DNA from: a virus
Length of the DNA: 38,106 nt
Virus record (IMG/VR): IMGVR_UViG_2660238120_000001
Coordinates: 1 to 38,106 of that record
Direction: 5' to 3' (one strand)
This document shows positions 8,841 to 18,533 of this stretch, in pieces (position 1 is the stretch's first letter; each line of letters starts with the position of its first letter). Made by a program: the position numbers and the translations under genes. The notes below the pieces were generated by a model. That model was given only the letters and a program-made list of their open reading frames with translations. It was not told where the DNA came from and searched no databases.

Positions 8841-9811
8841 TATACATTCAACTCCAAATCTACCGTATAATCTCTATCGTTAAAATGGTGTGTGCTTTTA
8901 GTGATTAATAAGGATTTAGTACCTAAGCCCACTTCTTTCAAGCTTTGGCTTTTAATGATGCAAGCATTTCCAGCGACCAAATCGGTATGACCTACTGCGG
9001 TAACTTTCAAAGTGTTCTCTTCCTTACTTTTTTGCTTGAGTAATTGCTTGGCCCTAGCTTTAATCTGTGCCGGATTTGCTTTCTCTTTAGCTTTTTCAAT
9101 ATAAGTTAGTCTACCTAGCTTTTTAATTGAACTCGGCGAACTTTGAGCAGTGGCACTACTACGACCTTTTTTCTTTTTGCTGTCTTTAATGATTCTAACC
9201 ACATTAGCTGTATTTTCTATTGACCTGGATAAGTTAAAACTCTCCATTAGGCTCTTATCCCCTATAACTAGCTTTAACTGCTTGTAAGGAAATTTCCTAA
9301 GCTCTACAACGTTGTAATTAGCGTATAGATAAAAATGTTTATTAGTAGCTCGTTTGGTTTTAGCAATCGCTCCGCTCAACATGTCAAAATAACTTTTATT
9401 ATCGCAAACTTCGGCTTTTAGTTTTTCGCTTGATGTGGCCACCGTTTTAAATTTAACGCCTGCCATTTTTGCTACTTTTTCAAACCTTTGTGAAACGGTA
9501 GAGATAGGCATTACTAAGCTATCTTGATTTTTAAAATAGCGTAAAGCATCGTAAGCAGTAACGCTAAATGTTTCATCGCTACTATATTCATACTTAAATA
9601 CATAGCCATAAAAAATCTTCTTTTTGTTCCACTTTAAGCAAATTACATCCCCATTTCTAATCACAAAGCCCTCTTGCACTTCTAAAAGGTTAAAGGTTAA
9701 AGTCCCTGCTGCAAAGTTAGTAGTAGTTTCCCACTTAACGTTGTAAGCAAGTTCCCTAATGTCCCAAACCTTACTAGAATTTCTTTTTTTACATGTAAAT
9801 GTAGTAATCAT
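8840..9811 (-). CDS. Baseplate hub / late-control-D-like protein (XkdQ-like)
   Basis: Synteny after the tape measure and XkdP-position genes; size about 320 aa. Confidence 0.65.
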   Translation of the reverse strand: MITTFTCKKRNSSKVWDIRELAYNVKWETTTNFAAGTLTFNLLEVQEGFVIRNGDVICLKWNKKKIFYGYVFKYEYSSDETFSVTAYDALRYFKNQDSLVMPISTVSQRFEKVAKMAGVKFKTVATSSEKLKAEVCDNKSYFDMLSGAIAKTKRATNKHFYLYANYNVVELRKFPYKQLKLVIGDKSLMESFNLSRSIENTANVVRIIKDSKKKKGRSSATAQSSPSSIKKLGRLTYIEKAKEKANPAQIKARAKQLLKQKSKEENTLKVTAVGHTDLVAGNACIIKSQSLKEVGLGTKSLLITKSTHHFNDRDYTVDLELNV

Positions 9812-9814
9812 GGT

Positions 9815-10714
9815 TTAACCTCCAAAAGCATTAATCTTAGGAAACTTTGGCAAAGATTTATTATTCTCTTTAGGTTTAGACTTAGGGATGCTATGAGGAG
9901 ATTGAGGGGCTTTAGCGGTCTTATTATTAAAAATATCGGTTGGTTTAATAAATCCAATCGAACCACTAGGTACTTTAATCGGATGTTTATAGTGTGGTTG
10001 ATTTTCTTTTCTAAAAAAATATTGAGGTTGTAAATTATTGTCATGCTTAATCAAGTAAGACTTACTGGCTAATTTTTTCCTCATGGCACTTTTGCCATTC
10101 CCCACTTTTATATTATTGGCCACACTGCCAACACCTGTACCGCCTCGTTTACCAACGATTCTACCAGTAACGTTTTTATGTTTTTTATTATTAATTTTAA
10201 CTTTTGAGCCACGGCTTTTTTTGTGAGATGGCTTTTTCCTGGATTTGCCTTTTTTAGCAACCTTTTTCTTTTTACCAGTAGTTTTGAGCTTTTTAGCTTT
10301 AAACTTCTTAAATTCAGTAAAGGTTAGCGTACAAGCGTACTCTTTGGCATAACCATCTTTAAAACCATATTCAAAGTTGAGTGTGGCCCTTACCGATATA
10401 GAGGTAGTAGTTAAAACTACCCGGCAAGGCTTTTTAGATTTATAGATGTTATTTAGAAAAGAAATATATTTATTACCGTTAGATAAGGTATTTTTAGCAG
10501 TTAAGTAGTGGCAGTGCTTAATATCTATAGGAATAATTACATTGATACTAAAATCAATTAGCTTATTATCCCCAATTCTATTAACTTCTCCCAGCTTAAC
10601 TACAGTTTCCTTTTTGTCATCAGTCGTCTTTTTGATAGTCATCTCTGATGGTGCAACTGGTAATTCTATAGTTTTATTAAGGTGGTTGGTAATATAAACT
10701 CCAGCATTCCGCAT
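9815..10714 (-). CDS. XkdP-position tail protein with an extremely Lys-rich C-terminal half; no LysM seen
   Basis: Synteny only. The sequence KKFKAKKLKTTGKKKKVAKKGKSRKKPSHKKSRGSKVKINNKKHK is low-complexity and basic. Confidence 0.5.
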   Translation of the reverse strand: MRNAGVYITNHLNKTIELPVAPSEMTIKKTTDDKKETVVKLGEVNRIGDNKLIDFSINVIIPIDIKHCHYLTAKNTLSNGNKYISFLNNIYKSKKPCRVVLTTTSISVRATLNFEYGFKDGYAKEYACTLTFTEFKKFKAKKLKTTGKKKKVAKKGKSRKKPSHKKSRGSKVKINNKKHKNVTGRIVGKRGGTGVGSVANNIKVGNGKSAMRKKLASKSYLIKHDNNLQPQYFFRKENQPHYKHPIKVPSGSIGFIKPTDIFNNKTAKAPQSPHSIPKSKPKENNKSLPKFPKINAFGG

Positions 10715-10738
10715 TAATTAGCATCCCCTCACTTATTA

Positions 10739-13700
10739 TTAGTTAGATAGCATTCCTGTGTTTTTCTTAATTAAATAATTTTCAACCATTTCAACCAATG
10801 TTTCGGCATCGTAATTAGCGTTACCACTGGAATTGATTTGAATAGCGCCATTTTCTATATGGATATGATGCTCATTATTGCTACTCTTATCACTTTTAGA
10901 ATAGCTATTATTTACAACCCCACTAGCTTGAGCAGTGCTTAGAGAACTATCATAAGGCACGCTATTAGCACCAACTACACCGCTATTGTTAATGTTTTGA
11001 TTAGGGATGCTTTGCGCCATGTTGGAACTATTAAAGTTAGTATTAGCGTTGACGTTTAAATCTTTACTAGATAATCCATTCATAGCTTTTTTAATATTTC
11101 CAACCATTGATAACGCATTACCAAAAGAACCGGTTAGCGAATCCCCAGCATTATATTTAGCAATATCTCCAGCTTGTAAATCTGGCATCTGTGTACCTGC
11201 TATATGGTTGGTTATACCGTTAATTGTTCCTTTAACTTGACTAAAACCATCATTTAAACCGTTGTTCAGTCCATCCATGATTAAATTACCGGCTGGATTT
11301 AAGAGCTTTCTATCATAAGATAGTGGCCCTTTATGTGCCTTAATCCATCCAGCAATTCCACTAACGAAACTTTTAACACCCTCAAAAGCTGATTTAATAC
11401 CGTTTAAGAAACCGTTAATAATAGCATGACCAGCACCAACTAAAGCACCACCAAAGCCTCTAGCAATACTAACAGCGCCTTGAATACCACTGCTAACCGC
11501 ATTTTTAACCATGTTCATACCGTTTCTAACTGCGGAAACAACACCATTGATAGCACCAGCAACCACGGTTACTAGTATTCCAAAAGCTACCGCAACCGCC
11601 GCTATTCCAGCCGCTAACACCATAGCACCAGCACCGGCAAACATTAAGCCTGCTCCTAATACCATAGCACCAGCACCTAAAATAACTGCACCGACTGCGG
11701 CAACGGTCATAGCTACAGCTCCAATTAATAAAGCAGCACTTAGCACTACTATCCCAACTGATGCAGCTATAGCTAAAACACTAAATGTCATCATGGCTAC
11801 ACCCAGCGCCATAAGATTAATGGCTGCCATCATCCCGTAATTTGCAATATTTGGCAGTTGTGTAGCTAATAACGTAATTCCTGCGGCAACGATAAATACA
11901 GCAATACTAACTAAAATTAAAGCAGCGCCAAAAATTGCAAAGCCTACTGCTCCACCAATCATAGCCGTTCCGGCCACCGTAACCGCTGTACCAATTAGAG
12001 CAATCACGGCAACCATTCCAACCATTACAGCAACAGCTGGCCAACCAGCGTTAGCTAAAGAAATAGCAGCGTTAGCCATTATCCATAAGCCAACCCCAGC
12101 TAAAGCAACCCCAGCACCAATTAAAATAACTGCTGCTCCCAACTTAATGAAAGAACCTGCTGCTTGTGTTGCTCCAGTGGATGCACTTTTTAAAGCGCCT
12201 CCACTGCCTAAAGATGAAATACCATTTTTCAGCATCCCAAATATGCTAACTACTCCAGTAAGTGTTTTATATATAGCAATCGCTCCTGCTAAAAACATAA
12301 GCCCATAAGCTAAAACATTTAGAGCTGATGGATTTAACTTAGATAATAGGTTAAGACCTACCACGATACCGGTAATAGCCCATCCCTTAGCACTCATTTT
12401 TAACACTAACATTGCTCCAGCAAACACTTTAATTACGTTAGGGTTCAAGTTTTTAACAGCGTTAGCAATAGCAGATATTGCACCGGCCAAACCATTAATA
12501 GCTCCACCGGCAATTCCGCCAATCGTTCTAAAAGCTGCAAAGGGGTCTTTTTTACCACCAGCGCCACTATCAAAAACATGGCCAATAGCTCCACTAATCG
12601 AACCTAACATATTCATTACGTTATTAGCTGCTCCAGTATCGACTAATGAACCCCAAAAAGCACCAACTGCACCAGTTATTTTTGATAACGTACTCTCTAC
12701 AACACTTAGGCCGTTATCAATGGCTGGCGCTAGTTTTTTAGCTGCACTATCTAAATTAATATCGCCGATTTTGTCAGTGATACCGGATAGATGTTTAATG
12801 GCTACTTTTCCTAACGTGTCATAAGCTGGCTGTAGTCGATTAGCTATGGTTTCTTTCATCCCATCCATAGCTTGATCAACAGTTTTATATTCAGTGGCCA
12901 TTTTAGAAAACACTCTGTTGTTACCAGTTTTTTCTATAGCGTTGAAAAAGTCTTGAGTTTTTACAGTTCCGCCTTGTACACCTTGCATTAATTCACTCAT
13001 GCTCATGTTCATGCTCTTAGCAACGGCTGATATACCAGCTGGCGTTTGTTCCATCATTAACTTAAAATCTTGCCACTGTACTTTAGGTTTAGCGGCCATT
13101 TGAGTAGCTTGTTGCGACAAGGTTTTCATCGCTTGTGTAGGCTCACTAGATGCAGCTGCTAAACCACCAAAACCTTTAACTAATTGAGTAGTGTTTTTAG
13201 TTCCAGTAGCCTCTAATTGCGAATAAGTAGAGGCCATATCACTAGAACTATAAATTGTATCTTGTGCGAACTTTTGTAGTTCGTTTCTAACAGAGTTAAT
13301 CTTAGCTTGTGGCATGTTCAACTGTTGCATGTTCCCGTTGAAAGTGTCCCAGGCTTTTGTAGAACTTGATAACTCTTCATTTAGGGATGTTACTGCCGAC
13401 CTAGCTAAATTAAGGCCACCAACTACCGCACTAGATGCTAGATTAGCTCCTAGCATGGATTTAAACATCCCACCACCGCCAATACCTGCACTCTTAGGCT
13501 CTTGTGGTGTTTTAGGAGTTAAATTATTACGATTGCCGGCTTGATTTAAAGCGCTAATAAACTGTTCTGTCTGCACTTTGCCATTTTTAATATTGCTGAT
13601 TAAATCACTCATGCTAGTGTTCATAGAACTTGCTACTCTACTCATAGTGTTAGGCATGGTATTTAGCAAATCGTTAAAATCTTGCCATTGTACTTTAGGC

Positions 13701-14143
13701 TGCTTGGCCATTTTAGCGGCTGTTTCAGATAAAAGGATTAAAGAACTCTTAGGGCTGTTAGTAGCATTAGCAAGGGATGCTAAAGATTGAGTTAATTGGC
13801 TAGTATTAGATACTCCAGCCCTAGATAGATTTACATAAGCCTTACTAATTCCATCTATTGATGTATTAGTTTGCCTGGCAAAACCACTTAACTCATTTTT
13901 AGCAGCACCAATCTGAGCAGTTGGAATGTTCATACTACCTAATTTGTTGCTAAAATTAGTCCAGGCCTCTGCCCCTTTATTAGCTCCGGTAATCATCCCT
14001 GTTACCTTGCTTTTGGCTTGTGTAAACTTATTGGATAACTCGGATAACTTACTAGAAGAGTTAGATAGTTTACTAGCAAAAGCGGATAGGGGATTACTAA
14101 AGCCATCCACGATATTAATTTTCGTGTTCAAATTTTCTGCCAT
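10739..14143 (-). CDS. Tape measure protein (about 1134 aa)
   Basis: SD AAAGGGGGTG lies 6 nt before ATG 14143, which is preferred over the track start at 14215. The KPKVQWQDF... module is duplicated. There is a long Ala/Gly/Val/Ile hydrophobic core and a C-terminal AHKGPLSYDRKLL motif. Confidence 0.9.
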   Translation of the reverse strand: MAENLNTKINIVDGFSNPLSAFASKLSNSSSKLSELSNKFTQAKSKVTGMITGANKGAEAWTNFSNKLGSMNIPTAQIGAAKNELSGFARQTNTSIDGISKAYVNLSRAGVSNTSQLTQSLASLANATNSPKSSLILLSETAAKMAKQPKVQWQDFNDLLNTMPNTMSRVASSMNTSMSDLISNIKNGKVQTEQFISALNQAGNRNNLTPKTPQEPKSAGIGGGGMFKSMLGANLASSAVVGGLNLARSAVTSLNEELSSSTKAWDTFNGNMQQLNMPQAKINSVRNELQKFAQDTIYSSSDMASTYSQLEATGTKNTTQLVKGFGGLAAASSEPTQAMKTLSQQATQMAAKPKVQWQDFKLMMEQTPAGISAVAKSMNMSMSELMQGVQGGTVKTQDFFNAIEKTGNNRVFSKMATEYKTVDQAMDGMKETIANRLQPAYDTLGKVAIKHLSGITDKIGDINLDSAAKKLAPAIDNGLSVVESTLSKITGAVGAFWGSLVDTGAANNVMNMLGSISGAIGHVFDSGAGGKKDPFAAFRTIGGIAGGAINGLAGAISAIANAVKNLNPNVIKVFAGAMLVLKMSAKGWAITGIVVGLNLLSKLNPSALNVLAYGLMFLAGAIAIYKTLTGVVSIFGMLKNGISSLGSGGALKSASTGATQAAGSFIKLGAAVILIGAGVALAGVGLWIMANAAISLANAGWPAVAVMVGMVAVIALIGTAVTVAGTAMIGGAVGFAIFGAALILVSIAVFIVAAGITLLATQLPNIANYGMMAAINLMALGVAMMTFSVLAIAASVGIVVLSAALLIGAVAMTVAAVGAVILGAGAMVLGAGLMFAGAGAMVLAAGIAAVAVAFGILVTVVAGAINGVVSAVRNGMNMVKNAVSSGIQGAVSIARGFGGALVGAGHAIINGFLNGIKSAFEGVKSFVSGIAGWIKAHKGPLSYDRKLLNPAGNLIMDGLNNGLNDGFSQVKGTINGITNHIAGTQMPDLQAGDIAKYNAGDSLTGSFGNALSMVGNIKKAMNGLSSKDLNVNANTNFNSSNMAQSIPNQNINNSGVVGANSVPYDSSLSTAQASGVVNNSYSKSDKSSNNEHHIHIENGAIQINSSGNANYDAETLVEMVENYLIKKNTGMLSN

Positions 14144-14198
14144 AAATTTCACCCCCTTTCTAAGCATTTTTATATGTATGAAAAAAGCGGTTAGAGTG

Positions 14199-14860
14199 CT
14201 AATGACGTTTAGCATCTCTTTCCGCTTTCTTTTTCTGTTTCTGTTCTTCTGCTACTCTCAAATCAATAGCAGCTATGATTAGGTTTTTCTCGTGCCTGGA
14301 TAAGTTAGCCCACTCGTGAGGTTTCCAATGATATTCATTAAGCGTATAGATATAATATCTAAACTCTGCACCGGCCACCTTATCATTTATTATTTTTTTA
14401 CTTGGTCAACTTCGCTGGCATCGTTAGTGCTGATACCGGATAGATTGGTAATTTCTGTTCCTAAATTAGCATAATCTCCACTACGAACTACCATATCTTG
14501 TAATAGACCGATTGGATCAGCTACACGTCCCCAACTTTCTTGTAATTGAGCGTTATTTAGGTCAGGTTGGATAATTCCCTCAATCATCATTAAATCAGTT
14601 AATTTCGATTGATTTACGCTTTGTGATTTCATCCCAGTTTTACGATTAAAGCTAGTAGTAGTTGCATCGTTTTGAATTTCTTTAAAGCGTTTAGATGAAA
14701 TAGTTTGGATTACAAAGGGCGCTTTGATTCCTTTGATTTTAATAGCTTTTTTATCTAATTGAGTATCTACGTTATCTTTTAAGAATAAATCTAGTGATAC
14801 TGGTTCTGTACTTAATTCTTCTTGTTGTTCATCGTTTGTGTTTAATTGTTCTTCTGCCAT
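14199..14860 (-). CDS. Predicted -1 frameshift extension product of the tail assembly chaperone (slip at 14393-14399)
   Basis: After the A7 run the -1 frame stays open for 64 codons (IINDKVAGAEFRYYIYTLNEYHWKPHEWANLSRHEKNLIIAAIDLRVAEEQKQKKKAERDAKRH) to TAG 14199-14201. No separate start or SD is present. Confidence 0.55.
14390..14860 (-). CDS. Tail assembly chaperone (XkdN-like), frame-0 product
   Basis: It sits between the tube and tape measure genes, has an acidic N-terminus, and ends GTA AAA AAA TAA. Confidence 0.75.
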   Translation of the reverse strand: MAEEQLNTNDEQQEELSTEPVSLDLFLKDNVDTQLDKKAIKIKGIKAPFVIQTISSKRFKEIQNDATTTSFNRKTGMKSQSVNQSKLTDLMMIEGIIQPDLNNAQLQESWGRVADPIGLLQDMVVRSGDYANLGTEITNLSGISTNDASEVDQVKK

Positions 14861-14928
14861 TTTAAAGGCCTCCTTAAATTTTGTGTAAAAAAATAACCCT
14901 ATCTACATAGCGTTAGTGATTAATTATT

Positions 14929-15393
14929 TTATTGTTCATCAAAAGGTGTATCTAAGTGGATATTTTCAAAAGTTAAATCACTTTCCCACTCCATAACGCC
15001 ATCATCAGCCTCTGCATCAATAATAGGGATGTCATCAAGATTGACTTCTCCAACCGTAACAACTTGTCGACCACTTTTAGATGTCTTGTCCTCTACTTCC
15101 ACTTGAATAGTGAAATATAGGTCTTGGCCACCTTGTACATAAGGCAAACCGTATTTTAACCAGCGTGAAGAGATTAGGTAACCGGATAAACTACCAGTCC
15201 CCTCAACTCCAGTTACTTTTTTCTTTTTCCAATGGTCGCCAAAAGTGGCTACATCAGTTTTTTTCTTTTCAATTTTTAGCTTAATTTTATTAGTATCACT
15301 CATGACGATAATTTGGTCGCCAATTTTCATGAAAACTTTAGCATCTTTAGTAGAGATTGCATCCCTACCATTCATAAACTCATTAAGTGGCAT
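14929..15393 (-). CDS. Tail tube protein (XkdM-like)
   Basis: Size and synteny directly after the sheath gene. Confidence 0.85.
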   Translation of the reverse strand: MPLNEFMNGRDAISTKDAKVFMKIGDQIIVMSDTNKIKLKIEKKKTDVATFGDHWKKKKVTGVEGTGSLSGYLISSRWLKYGLPYVQGGQDLYFTIQVEVEDKTSKSGRQVVTVGEVNLDDIPIIDAEADDGVMEWESDLTFENIHLDTPFDEQ

Positions 15394-15407
15394 TTAAGCA
15401 GTCCTCC

Positions 15408-16760
15408 TTATTCCGCAATGATTGTCATGTATAGTTTTTCCATGCTATCAACTGGTTTAACGTTCAACTGTACTTCTACAGCGTCCTTATTTTCGCCCTT
15501 GACCACTTCAATATCACTAGCTTTAAAATCTTCGATACAGCCGGCATCTTGTAAGCCATTTAGGTAAGTAATTCTATCTGACTTAAATAAATCACGACCA
15601 GTAGCGTTATTACTGATTTTGCCAATATATACTTTTTCAAAAGTATCTTTAGTATCATTAGCAATTAAGTCTAAAATTCTGATTAAGCGGTTTTTAGCAA
15701 AGAATTTAGGTTTGGTTTTAGTAAATCTAACTAAGGTGTTGATGTCATCTTCAATGACTACAGAGCCATCCCTGCGGTTAGTGAAGACCACTTTACCACC
15801 TTTGATAGCTTGCTCGATTAAATCGTTAGAAAGTCTAGGGATGGTATCAATAGCCTCTGGATATTCATAGTATGTTAATGATTGGTTAAATGGAACTGAT
15901 GCACTAGCTCCGGCAAAGAAACCTGCTGCGAAAGTACGCTCAATTTGAGTTCCGTCTTGTAAAACAACACCGTTCATAACAGCGCTAGTTCCCTCATAGT
16001 TATAATCACTAGATGGCAATGTAGGAATTACAGCAGTTACATGATAGCCCTCTTTTTCTCTTAAATCTTGCACTAATTGAGCTACTAACTCATGAATATT
16101 GCTATTAACTGGATAGCCAGCAGTAGTTACAACATTAAAAATGTTAGTTTCTAGGGCCTCGGTAATAATATCTGGTACGCTGTCATCTAAGTTTTTAGAT
16201 GAGCCACCAGTTAAGCTATATGAGTTTTCGCCAGCCAATTTACTAAACTTGTTATCAGCATCATCAGCAACTTCAACATCAAAATAATCATCTGACATAA
16301 TTTCTTCTGCCATTTCGATTTTTTGAGTATTAACTACAGATGTGTTGAAAATGTATTTAACTGTTACGGAACTATCGTTAATCCCCTTAATAACGTCTAC
16401 TTTAAGGTTATTACCTTTCGCTCCAGCATGTTTAGCAGTGAATTTCCACGGTAGGCTATTATCCACTAAACTAGCTTTTTCTCCATCGTTAAAGTTCAAA
16501 TAAAGCACTTTTTGAGCCGATTTAACGGTTTCTCTTAATGCTTTATTTGAATCATCTTCTAAATCGCTACCTAGTTCTTTTTTAAAATTGCTACCACGAT
16601 CTAGTTCAATGATTCCGTTGTTACCCCAATCGTGTTTAACACCATCGACTAATAACACGATTCCACGGTAACTATCAGCAGAGGGACTATCTACACCAAT
16701 GGTATTGATGTAAGCCCCTGGTCTGATTTTATTTTGTGTTACCCAATTTCCTCCGGCCAT
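15408..16760 (-). CDS. Contractile tail sheath protein (XkdK-like)
   Basis: 450 aa with N-terminus GNWVTQNKIRPGAYIN; synteny. Confidence 0.9.
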   Translation of the reverse strand: MAGGNWVTQNKIRPGAYINTIGVDSPSADSYRGIVLLVDGVKHDWGNNGIIELDRGSNFKKELGSDLEDDSNKALRETVKSAQKVLYLNFNDGEKASLVDNSLPWKFTAKHAGAKGNNLKVDVIKGINDSSVTVKYIFNTSVVNTQKIEMAEEIMSDDYFDVEVADDADNKFSKLAGENSYSLTGGSSKNLDDSVPDIITEALETNIFNVVTTAGYPVNSNIHELVAQLVQDLREKEGYHVTAVIPTLPSSDYNYEGTSAVMNGVVLQDGTQIERTFAAGFFAGASASVPFNQSLTYYEYPEAIDTIPRLSNDLIEQAIKGGKVVFTNRRDGSVVIEDDINTLVRFTKTKPKFFAKNRLIRILDLIANDTKDTFEKVYIGKISNNATGRDLFKSDRITYLNGLQDAGCIEDFKASDIEVVKGENKDAVEVQLNVKPVDSMEKLYMTIIAE

Positions 16761-16966
16761 TAGATTCCCTCCTTAAATTCATTGATTTTGTTTCTTACAG
16801 CATCTAGCGTGTACTTATCTTCATCGTTTAAAACGATTGATAAGATAGCTTTTTCTGCCTTGCTATAACTAGCATCCCCAACAAGTGCTTTTTTAGAATA
16901 CATCGCTTTATCTTCGCTACTTGTATTATTACTAGGGATGATTGGTGTTTTTAAATCATTGTCCAT
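16760..16966 (-). CDS. Small hypothetical protein upstream of the sheath gene
   Basis: ORF with overlapping stop/start coupling on both sides. Confidence 0.5.
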   Translation of the reverse strand: MDNDLKTPIIPSNNTSSEDKAMYSKKALVGDASYSKAEKAILSIVLNDEDKYTLDAVRNKINEFKEGI

Positions 16967-17378
16967 CTTCTTTTAAACCCCCTTGATATTTTAAGCTGCC
17001 TTGCTTGGCATTTTTATCTACATAGTCAGCTCTTACCGGCACGTCAAAGTCGATATACAGCAAATTATCTTTAGTCTGTATATTTAAGTCTTTAATCAAT
17101 GCAAAACCGTCTAAAACGTCAAAATTATCCATTATCAAGTCATTCATAGCAAGTAGCTCTGTTGAGGGGTTGTCCTCATCTTCTGGCATGTAAATAACTT
17201 GATAGTAGTAAGTTCTATCTTGATTTTTAAAAAACTGCTTTTGTAAAGACATACTTACTAAATTAACTAAAAAAGCTGGCTGTTTAAAGCCACCTTTAAC
17301 GTTATCTCTATAAAAATTACTGTTAGGAGCTATTTTATACAGTTTATTGATAATTTCTCCTGTAATATCAACTATCAC
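16956..17378 (-). CDS. Tail completion / tail terminator-position protein
   Basis: Synteny only. Confidence 0.5.
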   Translation of the reverse strand: MIVDITGEIINKLYKIAPNSNFYRDNVKGGFKQPAFLVNLVSMSLQKQFFKNQDRTYYYQVIYMPEDEDNPSTELLAMNDLIMDNFDVLDGFALIKDLNIQTKDNLLYIDFDVPVRADYVDKNAKQGSLKYQGGLKEDGQ

Positions 17379-17776
17379 TCTATAGCCTCCCTTAAAGCCT
17401 CAGTAAATCTTTGTTTCCAAACGCTGTTAAGGTCTTTTTTATACTTGAGGACAGTGTTTTTTAAAAAGAAACTACCCTCAACCCAGCCACCGCCTTTATT
17501 TCGATGGCCATTCTCGACATAAAAACCGTACTCAACGTTATTTTCTAGTGAAAAGCTAAAAGTAGAGGCAGCGTATTTAACACCGCTACTACGCCAACCA
17601 CGCCTTAATGTACCTGTATCAACGTTAGTAACCTTGATAACATCCCCTAACATTGCCTGGCTCATGGTATTAACTTCTCTAGTAATGTTTTTAGATGCAA
17701 TCTTAGCTTTAACTCGGTCATTTACATATTTAGCGTAATCTTCAAAGACTGCGCTTTCTACATCCCCTAAATTCAT
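17375..17776 (-). CDS. HK97 gp10-family head-tail joining protein
   Basis: DTGTLRRGW motif and VEYGFYVENGH; synteny. Confidence 0.7.
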   Translation of the reverse strand: MNLGDVESAVFEDYAKYVNDRVKAKIASKNITREVNTMSQAMLGDVIKVTNVDTGTLRRGWRSSGVKYAASTFSFSLENNVEYGFYVENGHRNKGGGWVEGSFFLKNTVLKYKKDLNSVWKQRFTEALREAIE

Positions 17777-17780
17777 CTAA

Positions 17781-18143
17781 TCACGCCTTTTCGTCATACA
17801 TAACAGCTAACTCTTGATGGCTTACATAGTTAGTATATCCAGTAGTAGCTTGCTTATAACGTCTAGTATTACCGTTTACATCAGTAACTATCATAGTAGA
17901 ACCACTAGGCACTTCTATATCGTTATCTAGGAGTAATACAGCGTTATAACTATCTTCATTTACACCATTGTTCATCTTATCCGGACTTAAACTCGGCTTA
18001 ATGATTTTGCATGGCTTATCTTCGGCAATTACTACACGTTTGTTTTTATTAACTAAGCCATCTTTTACGCTTGTATATTGAGTGATTGTTACCTTATCAC
18101 GCCATAGCATTTTAGTGGCTTTAGTAAAGCGTTTATAGTCCAA
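17781..18143 (-). CDS. Head closure / head-tail adaptor-position protein
   Basis: Synteny only. Confidence 0.5.
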   Translation of the reverse strand: MDYKRFTKATKMLWRDKVTITQYTSVKDGLVNKNKRVVIAEDKPCKIIKPSLSPDKMNNGVNEDSYNAVLLLDNDIEVPSGSTMIVTDVNGNTRRYKQATTGYTNYVSHQELAVMYDEKA

Positions 18144-18519
18144 AATCTACCACCCTAAACTGATTTAAAGTCTTTTTATAGTCCTTAGTAACTGCATTGG
18201 CACTCTGGATTTTTAGATACTCATCAGCAAGTGATTTAAACGAAATACTTTCGTTCCCCTCGGTAATACTGGCCACACCGTTATTACTTTGCTCAGACGT
18301 TGGAATTAAAAGCTCATCAGACTTAATCAACGCAATACACATCCCTACCGCTGTATGATTTAGTTCTTCTGGCAATTCTGCTGTAGGAATGTGTGTATAG
18401 TTCGCTATATCCTGTATAACTTTATCTATTACATAATCTAAAATATCATCATAGGAATCATTTTTAGTGCTGTTAGGGATGAGTAATTTAACTTTGTCTA
18501 CAATAAATTGCTTATCCAT
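18133..18519 (-). CDS. gp6-like head-tail connector protein
   Basis: Position directly after the capsid gene; helical N-terminal domain. Confidence 0.55.
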   Translation of the reverse strand: MDKQFIVDKVKLLIPNSTKNDSYDDILDYVIDKVIQDIANYTHIPTAELPEELNHTAVGMCIALIKSDELLIPTSEQSNNGVASITEGNESISFKSLADEYLKIQSANAVTKDYKKTLNQFRVVDFGL

Positions 18520-18533
18520 GATTTACACCTCAA

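Noticed and set aside
11511-11840. ORFs in the track that lie antisense to, or out of frame within, the tape measure gene: 11007..11240, 11511..11840, 13314..13544, 13578..13790 and 13926..14282.
   Set aside because: They are fully embedded in a long, well-supported gene. They have no SD. Their low-complexity translations mirror the Ala/Gly-rich sense frame.
14144-14215. N-terminal extension of the tape measure ORF (track start at 14215, MLNVISTLTAFFIHIKMLRKGVKF).
   Set aside because: The ATG at 14143 has a strong SD (AAAGGGGGTG) at ideal spacing. The extension would overlap the end of the chaperone frameshift product and has no SD.
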